From the human T2T-CHM13v2.0 reference genome, Homo sapiens, in assembly GCF_009914755.1 (NCBI RefSeq), contig NC_060947.1: 64,000 nt of DNA; one strand, 5' to 3'. Positions 47,273 through 60,965 of this stretch are shown in pieces. The notes under the pieces are model-generated. The model had not been told where the DNA came from. It was given only the letters and a program-made list of their open reading frames with translations, and ran no database searches. Position 1 is the first letter of the stretch, and each line of letters opens with the position of its first letter. The translations under genes were made by a program, and so were the position numbers.

Positions 47273-48289
47273 TGTATTAGCTTGTGCTCATGCTGCTGTA
47301 AAGTCAGGAAACAACAGATGCTGGTGAGGCTGTGCAGAAGTAGAAATGCTTTTACACTGTTGGTGGGAGTGTAAATTAGTTCAACCATTGTGGAAGACAG
47401 TGTTGCGATTCCTCAAGGATCTACCAGAAATACCATCTGACCCAGCAATCCCATTACTGGGTATATACCCAAAGGAATATAAGTCATTCTACTATAAAGA
47501 CACATGCACATGTATGTTTATTGCAGCACTATTTACAATAGCAGACTTGGAACCAACCCAAATGCCCATCAATGATAGACTGGATAAAGAAAATGTGGCA
47601 TATATATACCATGGAATACTATGCAGCCATAAAAATGAAAGAGTTCATGTCCTTTGCAGGGACATGGATGAAGCTGGAAGCCATCATTCTCAGAAAACTA
47701 ACACTGGAACAGAAAACCAAACACTGCATGTTCTTCCTCATAAGTGAGAGCTGAACAATGAGAACACATGGACACAGGGAGGGGAAACTCACACACTGGG
47801 GCTTGTCAGGGGGTGGGGAGCCAGGGGAGGGAGAGCCTTAGGACAAATACCTAATGCATATGGGGCTTAAAACCTAGATGATGGGTTGATAGGTGCAGCA
47901 AACCACCATGGCACATATATAACTATGTAACAAACCTGCACGTTCTGCACATATATCCTAGAACTTAAAGTAAAAAAAAAAAAGACTAGGTAATTTATAG
48001 AGGTTCTGCAGGGCTGGGGAAGCCTCAGGAAACTTACAATCATGGCAGAAGGGGAAGCAAAGATGTCCTTCTTCACATGGCGGCAGGAGGAAGGGCAGAG
48101 TGAAGGGGGGAAAGCCCCTTATAAAACTATCAGATCTCATGAGAACTCACTATCATGAGAACAGCATGAGGGAATTGCCCCTATGATCTAATCACCTCCC
48201 ATGATTCCCTCCCCCAAAACGTGGGGATTACAATTTGGATTACAATTCAAGATGAGATTTGGGTGGGGACACAAAGCTAGACCATATCA
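47273..48289 (-). mobile_element. MaLR solo LTR (MSTA/THE1-like) split by an L1 fragment
   Basis: tgtattag…tgctgctgtaaag, then L1, then gactaggtaatttata…gatgagatttgggtggggacac…accatatca. 5-bp TSD gggaa/gggat. Confidence 0.82.
47300..47983 (+). mobile_element. 5'-truncated L1PA7/8-type 3' fragment
   Basis: ORF2 C-terminus ([16 protein letters not shown]…), 3'UTR and A tail. Confidence 0.9.
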
Positions 48290-48495
48290 GGGATGAAGAT
48301 GGAAGGCTAAATAATTACTTGTTCTCACATGCAAATTTCTAGAGGGTTCATCCCTTCTCATCAAATGAAAGAGAATTTTAAAAAATTTGTATCGCTTAAA
48401 ATAGTTATTTATGAATATGTGTGTGTATGCATTGCTTTTGCCACATCACCAGGCCTAAAGGAGTAAATTACACTTTTTCGGCTCTCTTTCACTGA

Positions 48496-48816
<321 letters not shown>

Positions 48817-50122
48817 CTACCTGCTTCTAAAATTGAATGATAACCTGGAGTCCCAGGTGGAAGATAAATTCTAGATGACTTATTATAATGAAAGAAAAAC
48901 CTATCATAATTAAAACATCTCTTCTTTAAATATTAACAGTAAGTCAATAGTGAAAGGAAACACTTCCCTTAAATGCCCTTTAGTGATGTCCCTTGGTCCT
49001 CATTTTATTCAACTGGTACTGGTTGAACAGCTTAGCATGGATGGAGAATCTCTACCCTTTATGCAGATATGGCCTTCCACAAGGACCAAGAGGTGGTATA
49101 AATTTTGCCTATAGTTTAAAAATGCATGATGTTAAAAATTTTTAGCTATACTCATCTAAAACAACCACATGAAAAAGATGTAATTCCATGAGAAGACCTC
49201 TGTAAAATGACAGGGGACACTATTCACTTTCTAAAGTAGGAAGTCAGGATTTTCTCCATTGAAAATGAAGGGAAAGGTGGTTTTACAGAATCTGCATGTT
49301 TACAAACTTTAGGAATTGAAAACCTAAGAAGTTAATTCTGGCAATATTTATCCTTGTTTTCTATCTATAAAATTACAAATTAAATCCTTGAGATTAAACA
49401 ATTCTTTTTTGGGCAAAAATCTAAGTTGCACTTACACAAACAAATACAATGGATTGCATATACTGTGGATCATGTGGTTCATTTGCATAGTTAAATGGTT
49501 TCTATTTTGGGGGGGGGATTTTCTGCAATCCCCTGAGATAAAGTTTTCCAAGAAGTCCCAGGGATGGTGTTTTTTAATTTGTTTGCAACCATTAAGTTTC
49601 TCACTTCCATGTGACAACTTTGGGGACAATATAGTCAATAGTTAAGAGGCAGACAGACGTGGGTTCAAACACAGGCTTCACCATTTACTAATTGTGAGAC
49701 CTTAAGCAAGTCAATCTTTTCTCCAGTTTTCTCATATCTCATGAGAAATCAGAACATATTACAATTCCCACTGTAAAATGGCAATACTAATAGCTACTTT
49801 AGTAGGTATTATAGATTGCGGCAGGGATCAAATGAAGCAATGTAAATGTTTAGTGTAATTACTGGCACAGGCAAGGGTTCCCTTAGAGTTAAGCTCCAGG
49901 GTGCAGGAGCCTCATCTGCCTCATTTGCAAGTACCAGTCATAGAGGAGACAATACATTTTTTGGCCAAATGAATGAATAAAATGCTTTTATTATACTTAA
50001 AGATACACACACAAGAATGCATGTCAAATGTTAAGCACAGCATCAGGCAAACAATAAACTATGTAGCTTGGTAGCTCCTTCCCCAACTCTCCTTCTTGTG
50101 GTTAATGTTTTTAAAACCCTAT

Positions 50123-50534
50123 TGATATAGTTTGAATGTGTGTCCTTTCCAAATCTCATGTTGAAATGTGATCCCCAATGTTGGAGGTAGGGCGTGGTGG
50201 AAGGTATTAGGGTCTTGGAGGTGGATCCTTCATGAATGACTTGGTGCTGTCCTCATGGTAATGAGTTAATTCTCACTTTATGAGTTAATAAGAGCTGGTT
50301 GTTAAAAGAACCTGGAACTTCCTCCTTTTTCTCTTGCTCCCTCTTGTGTGATATGCTGACTCCCCCTTTGCCCTCCATCACGACTGTAAACTTCCTGAGG
50401 CCTCACCAGAAGCTGAGCAGATGCTGGCACCATGCTTTTACAGTCCGCAGAACTGTGAGCCAAATTAACCTCTTATTATTTATAAATAACTGTCACAGGT
50501 ATTCCTTTATAACAATGCAAAACAGACTAACACA
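50123..50534 (+). mobile_element. MaLR solo LTR (MSTB-like)
   Basis: tgatatagtttg…aaatctcatgttgaaatgtgatccccaatgttggagg…aacagactaacaca, with TG…CA ends. Confidence 0.85.
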
Positions 50535-52449
50535 CCTTATAAAGTGACTTGAGGTGCTCAACTCTTTTGTAGGAAGGTCAGAGTGGCTTCAGAGAGCTGA
50601 ATTTTGGCCCCAGACCCCAGGAATTGATCCTATGCCTAAAATACCACTGACATATATTTCAGAAGCAATGACAGAGTCTAAGAAAAATTATCATGCCATA
50701 AACATATAATATAAAGATACTATAATTTTTTTCTTCTTTGTTGGGTATCAGTGGGGCTCAGTATAGATAGACAAAAAGATTCTACCCAGGAATAAAAACT
50801 TAGGCTTTAATGAGCTATTCCTTTAATGACTCTGCTGTTGTCCTAGAGAGCAAATCCTTTCTGGGTAGGCTACTTGGGTAAGGCTGTTAACAGCAGAACT
50901 AATGTTCCAGAAAAGTAGTTAAAGAGCTATAAAATAAATATTTAAAATAGAAAAGTGTAATATTTCTCCCATAAAAGGAAAGAGGTACGAATCTTAAGTT
51001 GTTTATTCACTTCTGCAGTCTCTGAATTTTTTTTAAGTTAATAGTCTTTGATGGGGAAGAAAAGGTTTCTTTCAATTTTGAGCTATACAATATAAGCCAT
51101 AGAACTCAAGGCAAATAGGCCAAGGACCAAATACAGGTAGGTTCTTATTTTAATGACTACTATTATGAACTCTGGTTCACTAGAGTAAGGCTATTTCTCT
51201 GGATGGGTTGGTAGCTCTAACTAGTGGAGTTTTGCCTATATGGATATAAACACTGCTACTGAATGAGAACTCCATTTTAATAGAATCTTTTATAAGTCCT
51301 ATTTGTTGAGAAGTCTGTTTAACAATGTATCTTCCTTTTGGTGAAATTACTAAGCTGAATAGTTGAATATTCTTAAAAAAACATGATTGTTTTTCAAAAC
51401 TTTGAACTGTCAACTTCACCCATACACATTATAAGCACTTCATATATGGTTTTCTTATGCGATATCTATTGATAATCAGATATTTAGTAAAGAAAACTTT
51501 CTGGCTGTTAGGGCTATAAAATGATAGGTAGGATGAGAATTAAGAAGTATTGGCACAATTCTAAATTTCTTCATTCGAACTTCACATATGTCATGGAAGT
51601 TCAGAGTGGACAAGTAGTTGGGTCATCCTGAAAGATTTGAGATTTCAGAATAGTGCCCTACTATTTATCAAAATCTCCCTTTAACCAACAGCAAGGTCAT
51701 ACTTGTTAGTGTCCTTTTCTCTCAGAATCCTTAACTATAAATGCTCCCAAAATTGTCAACACAGAGTTTTAGGTAATAGATTAAACATTATTAAGACTAT
51801 CTCAGATTGCATTCAAATATATTATACTTAGAGAGCAAATGGGTTAAACATAGGCAGCGTAATATTTCCTGTCTCAGATGATAAAACTTGGGAATTAGCA
51901 AACCCTTCCTTTCGCAAAGCAGCCTCCCTTTCCCACCAACCTTCATGGGTATATGCGTGTGTGGCCCGGGGATGGGGTGGTGGTGGGGTCAGGTTTAGGC
52001 CTTCACATACATAAAAAATATAGTATACCTCTATCATCTCTATACTAGGACTATAGGCTTCCATTTGAAGGAGGAGGTATGCTTACCAGAGCAATGTTGA
52101 TGATGTTCCTTTATGCTGGTTAAAACAGGGCTCTACTTGTGATACCAACTCTAGCAGCTCTCATGAAAATTATGGGAAGCTTTTGGGAATTAGTGGCCCT
52201 TGCCCTTAGAATTGAATGATCTAGGGAGATCTCACTGTGAAATCTGTCATTTATATAAAATGGAGCTTGAGATCTTTTGGTGTTAGGAAATGTTCATGTA
52301 AAGATTCCATATCTAGTCTATTACAAAAAAACTCTAAGCCAATTTTTAACTGAAGGGGGTATGTTCAAGCTTAAACTAAAACCATTAAGTTCCTGCCTGA
52401 CTAGCTGGCAAAGTAAAAAAGGCTACAGCAGAGGAAAAAACCATTTTAG

Positions 52450-52598
52450 AAAGGAAAAGAGGAGGAAAGAAAGGGAGGAAGGGAAGAACAAAGGAAGAAA
52501 AGGAAGGAAAAGGAGAAAAGGAAAAGACAAGACAAGAAAAGGAAGGAAGGAAGAAAAGTAAAAGAAAGAAGAAAGAAAGAAGGAAAAGGAAAAAGGAG
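52450..52598. repeat. Purine-rich (GA) low-complexity tract
   Basis: About 150 nt almost entirely A/G. Confidence 0.85.
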
Positions 52599-52744
52599 CA
52601 ATTTATGAGCAAACTAGAAATTGGGTGGCAAATAAAAATGAGAGCATCTTATAAGTGAACCAGCAATAAGAGGTCCTTTACACATCACAAGTAAGGAGTG
52701 AGCCAGAGAACCAGTGGGGTCATGAAATAAAAAGGATGAAAAGG

Positions 52745-53038
52745 GGCTAGGCGTGGTGGCTCATGCCTGTAATCCCAGCACTTTGGGAGGCCGAGGTGGG
52801 TGGATCACGAGGTCAGGAGATCGAGACCATAGTGGCTAACACGGTGAAACCCCGTCTCTACTAAAAATACAAAAAAATTAGTCGGGTGTGGTGGCAGGCG
52901 CCTGTAGTCCCAGCTACTGGGGAGGCTGAGGCAGGAGAATGGCGTGAACCCGGAAGGCAGAGCTTGCAGTGAGCCTAGATCGCCGACAGAGTGAGACACC
53001 ATCTCCAAAAAAATAAAAATAAATAAATAAAATAAAAT
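52745..53038 (+). mobile_element. AluY with ~20-nt deletion in right arm
   Basis: AluY diagnostics (ggatcacgaggtcaggagatc, gaatggcgtgaacc). gatcgc is joined directly to cgacagag. TSD aaaaggatgaaaag. Confidence 0.9.
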
Positions 53039-53399
53039 AAAAGGATGAAAAGAAGATAGTAGATAAACTAAATGACTTTTTACAAAAAGATTAAGCCATT
53101 CCTCTGTGTAATATATCTTTTGAGGTAGGCAGAAGGGTCAGAGGTAACAATGGCAAATGTGTAAGAGACTGTTTCCAAGCCACATACCAGAAGTATTCAA
53201 AGGCATAATGCCTGGGACTGAGTGATCTAGTTACCAGGGCTGGCCCTCTGCAAAACTCTTGGCAAAGATCGCTGTGGTTTTTGGTACCCCTTTCCCTCTA
53301 CTGCTCCACTAGGCAATTCCTGCTCCTCAGAATACTCAAGGAGCTCATGCTCTGACCCTTTCACAATTCATTCTCAAGAATGGCACTGTGAAGCTACAC

Positions 53400-53598
53400 C
53401 TCATCTCTACTAAAAGTTTCTTTTTTTTAAATTAGCCAGATGTGGTATCGTGTGCCTGTTTGCCCCAGCTACTTGGGAAGCTGAAGCAAGGGGATCACTT
53501 GGATCCAGGAGGTCAAGGCTGCAGTGAGCTGTGATCATGCCATTGCACTCCAGCCTGGGCAACAGGGGAAGACCCTGTCCACAACCCCAAAAAAGAAA
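53400..53598 (+). mobile_element. AluJ/FRAM right-arm fragment
   Basis: attagccagatgtgg…ggtcaaggctgcagtgagctgtgatc…ccagcctgggcaaca. Confidence 0.75.
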
Positions 53599-54339
53599 GG
53601 TTCTGTGAAACTATACTTCTATAGTACAGCAGGGGTGAGGATGAGAGGTTGTGCCAAAATTTCGTTTTAAGGACTATTTCTAATTGTAGAATAAAAGTAT
53701 GTTTCCTGTTAAAGGAATTTCAGGTATTAATCCAACAGATAGGAGAGATGTTTGGGCCAGGAAGCCTCCTTGGTACCCTTGGAATCAGAGGTGCCTTCAC
53801 ATAATGCCCTGACCAGACTTGACTTCTGAAGGAAAGCAAAGAAAAAAAATTATTATACCTCTAATGAAAACCTGGAACCTGTTATTCTGGATGATCACTG
53901 TGTGGCTTGCATTGCCAATGTGGGTCCACAGGCAAAGGGGCCCTGGGAACTATAAACTGATGAGTGTCTGGTTCTTCAGTAGGCAAGCTGGAAGAATTTT
54001 TAATAAATGCTAGCCTCCTGTACACAAAAGCCATCAATCTATTGGGATGTGGGTGGCATCATGCTTTTTGTAAAGCGAAATCATGTGTAATCTTCTACAG
54101 ATCTTTTCCTTGGGGCTAAACTTACTTTAAAAATGCTTCTGATTAGGTTTGATACCAAGGCTATTTTTAAACATGAATTACCATGGGATTTAAAATATTT
54201 TTTATCATGTAGTAGGAACTGGTCTACAGAAAAAAAAGAGAAAATATAGGGTAGAAACAGATATTTTTTCTGACTGAAGAAGGATAAATAGACTTCCTTG
54301 GGGGTGGGCACTGGAAAATCCTCAAGTCTACAGATAATA

Positions 54340-54950
54340 CTCAGCTTTCCCAGGCAGTGAAATGCCAAGTTGATGGGAGATAAAGAAGATCTCAGGAGGT
54401 TTTATGATTGGCAGATAACCTTCAATAGGGGCACATGTAAAGTGATCCATTTAGGGCTTTGTAAGGGGTACATGTAAGGTGATCCATTTAGGGTGATCCA
54501 TCTAGGGAGCACTAGATATTACAAACTATACTTGCTGGATGATGAGTGCTGACCTTTCAATTAAGACCCAGGAAAGGGCTCGAGGAGACACTGTGGACAG
54601 TGCACTGAAGAGAACAACCTAGTTTTCTGTTATGGTAAAAAAAAAAAAAAAAGGGTAACAAAATCAGGCACTGTTAAGAAAGGGATTAAAAGAAAAACAA
54701 AATAATTCTCCTTTTACATAGAACTGCAGGATATCTTTATTGGTAAAGTTACATAAGCAGCTCTGATCTGCACATCTCAAGGACAGAAGAGAGCTTAAGG
54801 GGAACAAAGAAGGGCAATTAAACCATTGATGGCAGGCTCCAAAAAAAAAAAAAAAAAGTTTTTTCAGCATGATAATACAGAGGTAGCCAGGAGACATGAT
54901 CAAAATTATGAAGAGGCTTATGCTGCTGAATAACTGAATGATGACTTGGC
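54340..54950 (+). mobile_element. Possible CR1/L3 LINE remnant
   Basis: Resembles the CR1 RT 3' region (gattggcagataaccttcaat…tgtaaagtgatccatttaggg); highly diverged. Confidence 0.45.
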
Positions 54951-55815
54951 TCACCAAATCTCTTGAGCTAAGAAGCACTTTTGAAGCATAAAGTTTTTAT
55001 TTTTTAATAGTTCTGCTTTGTTTATACAACTGCCAGTGATGATGGCCAGTGCAGGCAGGCTTCTTTGGGAAGAACCTCCACCAGAGGTTGGGAGAAATAC
55101 GAGCTAAGTTGGGGAGGGATCAAGAGTACCTCAATCCCCGTTACTTACCTTCAGTAATGTTGACTGGCTGACTTCTATTCGGATTTGCTTTCTCTGCCAC
55201 CACTTGTGCCTGACCAATCTCAATTTTTATGAATATGAGTTTAACACAACCCCCCACCCCCATTCCATAAGGCTTTTCAACTCTAGTGGTCCACACATTG
55301 GCACCAATCTGTCTGTCTACGATTGTCTGTAACTTAATCCTTAGCCATGGTGTAGAAAGAACAGGTATCTGACTCCAATTTTAACACAGTGGATAGAAGG
55401 TAAGAATGCATGATGAATAATAATAGTCAATTCTCTAATATTTACACCAGTAGAAGAAAGCACAGGTCTCCATAATGAACCCTGACAACTGAAATGAACC
55501 CTGCCAGGTTAATGAAATAAGACACATGTAGGTTTATTTAGCTAAGAAAGTAGCAAATAAGGGATTCTTCAGGATAGCAAAAAAAGCTCTGCTCTTGGGA
55601 TGGGCTTAATCATATTGAGTAAGATCCAACCTGGAGCATGGCTCTGGTCCAACTGCTTGGCTCTGCCATACAGCGGATAGCTACTGATCAAATAAGCATA
55701 ATGACCAGTATACAAAAGCTTTATAGGTATATAGATGTTTTCTTTTTTACATTGTTCTTGTTTACATTGTGAGATGGGGGCCATTTCATCCTACAGAACT
55801 GCAATCCACTTATTA

Positions 55816-55974
<159 letters not shown>

Positions 55975-56383
55975 TTATTAGGAACATGAGAACCCAGAAA
56001 ACTTAAAGGATTTCCTGATAGGGAAATTTCTAGGGAAAGAAATTAAGAAAAATTATATAAAGAAGTAAGTATTGTAAACAATCTTGGAGAAGCAGGCAAA
56101 TCATAAGGAAACTGAAAAACCTCAGTTTTCACCTTACTGGATCAAATGAAAAAATAAGAGATTAACTCCTTTGCTTGGCTTCATGCTTTTTAGGTTGACA
56201 TAACATCAATTTATCACTGCAATTATTCAGGATGTTAGGAGTTGCATGGGGTGTCTACTAGTATAGTAAGCATAAGTGATCTGTTAACAGTCCATAAAAA
56301 TCACCTGGAAAAAGAAACAGCTTTAATGTCATTCTTCTTGTTATTGTCACCTGAGGTGACCTGTGTTAAAATTTTGCACAGGA

Positions 56384-57709
56384 CTGAGAAAAACAATCAA
56401 TGGGGAAAGGATTCCCTATTTAATAAATGGTGCTGGGAAAACTGGCTAGCCATATGTAGAAAGCTGAAACTGGATCCCTTCCTTACACCTTATACAAAAA
56501 TTAATTCAAGATGGATTAAAGACTTAAACGTTAGACCTAAAACCATAAAAACCCTAGAAGAAAACCTAGGCATCACCATTCAGGACATAGGCATGGGCAA
56601 GGACTTCATGTCTAAAACACCAAAAGCAATGGCAACAAAAGCCAAAATTGACAAATGGGATCTAATTAAACTAAAGAGCTTCTGTACAGCAAAAGAAACT
56701 ACCATCAGAGTGAACAGGCAACCTATAGAATGGGAAAAAATTTTTGCAACCTACTCATCTGACAAAGGGCTAATATCCAGAATCTACAATGAACTCAAAC
56801 AAATTTACAAGAAAAAAACAAACAACCCCATCAAAAAGTGGGCGAAGGACATGAACAGACTCTTCTCAAAAGAAGACATTTATGCAGCCAAAAAACACAT
56901 GAAAAAACGCTCACCATCACTGGCCATCAGAGAAATGCAAATCAAAATCACAATGAGACACCATCTCACACCAGTTAGAATGGCGATCATTAAAAAGTCA
57001 GGAAACAACAGGTGCTGGAGAGGATGTGGAGAAATAGGAACACTTTTACACTGTTGGTGGGACTGTAAACTAGATCAACCCTTGTGGAAGTCAGTGTGGC
57101 GATTCCTCAGGGATCTAGAACTAGAAATACCATTTGACCCAGCCATCCCATTACTGGGTATATACCCAAAGGACTATAAATCACGCTGCTATAAAGACAC
57201 ATGCATACGTATGTTTATTGCAGCACTATTCACAATAGCAAAGACTTGGAACCAACCCAAATGTCCAACAATGATAGACTGGATTAAGAAAATGTGGCAC
57301 ATATACACCATGGAATACTATGCAGCCATAAAAAAGGATGAGTTCATGTCCTTTGTAGGGACATGGATGAAATTGGAAATCATCATTCTCAGTAAACTAT
57401 CGCGAGAACAGAAAACCAAACACCGCATATTCTCACTCATAGGTGGGAATTGAAAAATGAGAACACATGGACACAGGAAGGGGAACATCACACTCTGGGG
57501 ACTGTTGCGGGGTGGGGGGAGGGGGGAGGGATAGCTTTAGGAGATATACCTAATGCTAAATGACGAGTTAATGGGTGCAGCACACCAGCATGGCACGTGT
57601 ATACATATGTAACTAACCTGCACATTGTGCACATGTACCCTAAAACTTAAAGTATAATAAAAAAGAAATTTACAAAATTATCTCCTATCTGAATGAAAAT
57701 GCAAAAAAA
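56384..57709 (+). mobile_element. 5'-truncated L1PA2/3-type insertion in HDAC8 intron 6
   Basis: Open ORF2 C-terminal frame to TGA at 57453, G-rich 3'UTR and A tail. TSD aaaattttgca(c/t)agga at 56368-56383 and 57710-57725. Confidence 0.93.
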
Positions 57710-57828
57710 AAAATTTTGCATAGGATTGTGGCAGTAAGGCATTAACAGCATGGAACTGTCCAAGTATAAGAAATGTGTAGAAGAATTTCAGTATTTAGTC
57801 ATCAAATGTAATACTGAGTTTATGATCA

Positions 57829-58071
<243 letters not shown>

Positions 58072-60259
58072 CTAATCTCGTAATTACAAGATGAGGTAGA
58101 ACTTTGGCCCCAAGTGAAGTTTGGGGGTTCCTTTTCAAACTCATGGAAAACTATAACTGGACTTCCCCTTTCCAAGCAATGGGATGTCTGGGCTCTCTTT
58201 GACAACCTGTTCTAAAAAGTAGGGAAAGGCGAGAGCCTAGAATTGAGGCATTATCAACAGAATTGAATAAGGGAAACTGGAACCATCTTACAAGTTGTAT
58301 GTTTTGTCTTGTTTAAGTGGTTATAGTTAAAGTCTTGGGATTTTTTCCAAAGACGTACAACGTGATAACCCTTTGAAAAATATGACCAATAGAAACATTA
58401 GCCATTATATACCAAAAACCTAATTATAAAGTGCCTTTCTATAATGCAGATTTGGTTATAAATAAGTAACTTATAGTACATCTTTCTGGCTAAAACATGG
58501 AAGGCTGAAAACAGCCGTGACCTTGTCTCCTAATAGCAGCCTTATAAGAGTGTTTTAAAATCTGAAGAAAGATGGGCGAGAAAGGGGTCTGTTTTCCATT
58601 TTAACTTAGTGAGTAAACGATTAGAGGCCTGGGAGATAAAAGCTGGGATTTAAAGTAACCCTCACAAGCCTCTACGTATACAGGTAAACACACTGCCCAC
58701 CTCCACCCCTTTCCTCTCAGAATCACATATAGTCACACTATGTTCAGATAATCAATCTGTAAAATGGGAGGACTATTAGCAAATTCAGGTACTGTCCTCT
58801 TTCTTACTTCAAACAAAGAAATTGTCTCTGTATTTATTTAATGTTTTCAGTCTTCACTACAGCCCCAACAGCGACTTTAAAAAAATATTAACTCTATTTA
58901 TATATAACAGGTATGTTTGAATTTCCCAAGCCTTATGTTTGGCCCTAGGGAGGCAGTTAAATCCAGTTAAAGGCTCTAAGCAAAAAGCATGAAGTAAAAA
59001 AAATAAAACAAACAAAATAAATGAAAATAGTATTTCAACTTAGAAATGAAGTCTTAAACAAGGATAATTCATGAAAATCCTGATTATTGATCAATCCAGA
59101 AATGTTGTACCAATTTACACTTGGACCAATCATGTATGAGAGTTCCCAAACTATTGTTATTCTCTTTAATCTTAGGCAGAAAGAATGGTTTTGCTCTAAT
59201 TTGCCTTTCTTTGAGTATTAGAGTGTTGAGCACCTTTTCATAAGTTTAGTGGCCATTTGTATTTCTTCTCATGGGAAATACCACTAGGCACAGTTATAAA
59301 ATCATATTTAAAAAGGAGATGTACACAGATAGGAGGAAGCTATGGACTTGGTGGGAAAGAGGAGAGTAGTTAGGTAGATGAAAGAAGGCAAGGATGGGGT
59401 AGGGGTGGCTAGTGAAGCCACCACAGGATGCTAGTTATGTAATCATGGGAGATTTAAAATAAACCAAATGCATAAGTGTTGGGGGGTGGGGCAGGGGTCA
59501 CTGTAAGGGAGGTGCTGAAGAGGGGAAATAAACTGAAATGAAACACACCATAAAAGTTGGCTAAAACAGGAAACTCTGAAGGGTGTAGAAATAACATTGC
59601 AAATGGAAAGAACACTTTCAGGTGACAGTTTCAGTTCATTCTTATGTGGTTCTGTAGAGTTGATTGTATTCTTAAACTCCGATACTAATAGTTTGAATTT
59701 CATAATCATTCATTGATCAAATATTTTAATGAGCCACTACTATATGCATAGTACTGTTGGTTCAAGGCATTATATAAAACAGGAAGAAGTAAACAACTTG
59801 ATCTCTGCTCTGAAGGAACTTATAGTTTCTATGGGAAGAGAAGACACAGACACATTAAAAAATTAATTAGAAATACAAGGCAATATGTAATGAAATATCA
59901 AATTGGTGATATGAATAATACGGGACTTGAGAGGAGGGAGAGAACACTTGAGCTGGAGTGGTCAGGGCAAATCTGTTACTGTTGGAACTTGAACAAATGG
60001 GTAGACCTTGGGACAGGTGAAACAAAACTAAATTAGGAAAAAAGGAGGCAAAGTCAGGGAGGTGGGAATAATGAGACATGTCTGGGAATACTGAGCCATG
60101 TCATGAATAGTGAGACATGTCATGAATAGTTAGACATGCTCATTGAGTAGTGTAGCCTGGACAGCAAGTAATGAGAGATAAGGGTGGAAAGATGAGGTGA
60201 GACCTATTCAAGGTAGGCCTTGAAAGACTAGGTAAAGAGTGTGGACTACCTTGAAGACC

Positions 60260-60435
60260 ACTGTTTTTCAAAGTGTGGCCTGTAGAACAGCTGAGGTATT
60301 AAAACGTAGTTTCTTTGGTTCCATGCCAGACCTACTAAATCTGAATATCTGGTGGATATGGCCCAGCAATCTGCATTTTAAAACAAACTTCTCCAGGTCA
60401 TCCTGATGCACTTTCAAGTTTGAGAACCACTGCTG
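60260..60435. mobile_element. MER5A-like hAT MITE
   Basis: Ends cactgtttttcaaagtg / tttgagaaccactg; internal agacctactaaatctgaa…cccagcaatctgcatttta. Confidence 0.8.
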
Positions 60436-60440
60436 TAGGC

Positions 60441-60965
60441 CAGGGGTCAATGAACTAAGTGGCTAAATAGTAAACATTTTCGGCTTTGCAAACCACTCAA
60501 GGTCTCTATTGCACACGCACACACATATATACACACACACAGACACATTTTTAAAAAATATATTTTCTCTTTTATAACCCTTTAAAAATGGAAAAACCAT
60601 TCTTATTTTATTTTTTTAAGAGACAATGGCTTGGTCTGTCGCCCAAGCTGGAGTGCAGTGGCACGATCATAATTCACTACAGCCTTGACCTCTTGGGTTC
60701 AAGCGATCCTCCTGCCTCAGCTTCCTAAGTAGCTAGGAATATAAGCACACAACACCAAACTCAGCTAATTTTTTTCGAGATGGGGGTTTCACTTTGTTGC
60801 CCAGGCTGGTCTCAAACTCATGGTTTCAAACAGTCCTCCCACTTCATCCTTCCAAAATATTGGGATCACAGGCATGAGCGACTGCACTTGGCTGGAAAAA
60901 CCATTCTTAACCATTCTTAGCTTACTGGCCATACAAAAACAAGCCATAGGTCAAATGCTACCCCT
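60441..60965. mobile_element. MER58-like MITE containing a minus-strand AluJ (~60606-60893)
   Basis: caggggtc…tagtaaacatttt…ggctttgc and ccattcttagcttactggccatacaaaaaca. Alu TSD gaaaaaccattctta at 60591 and 60895. Confidence 0.72.

Noticed and set aside
52277-52612. K/R/E-rich and F/L/S-rich ORFs
   Set aside because: Artefacts of the purine-rich low-complexity tract.
56346-56360. Palindrome GTCACCT-G-AGGTGAC
   Set aside because: 7-bp arms are expected by chance in 64 kb, and it does not match a canonical nuclear-receptor element.
56242-57453. 403-aa ORF fusing unique sequence to the L1 ORF2 C-terminus as a novel antisense gene
   Set aside because: The open frame is expected for a young truncated L1. 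It lacks the EN and RT domains, the N-terminal part is a chance frame with a TTG start, and no promoter is evident.
57509-57530. G-quadruplex-forming tract
   Set aside because: Standard L1 3'UTR G-rich tract, not locus-specific.
60098-60138. 20-bp tandem duplication (catgtcatgaatagtgaga); similar small ones near 3349, 44760 and 55474
   Set aside because: Ordinary slippage duplications with no sign of function.
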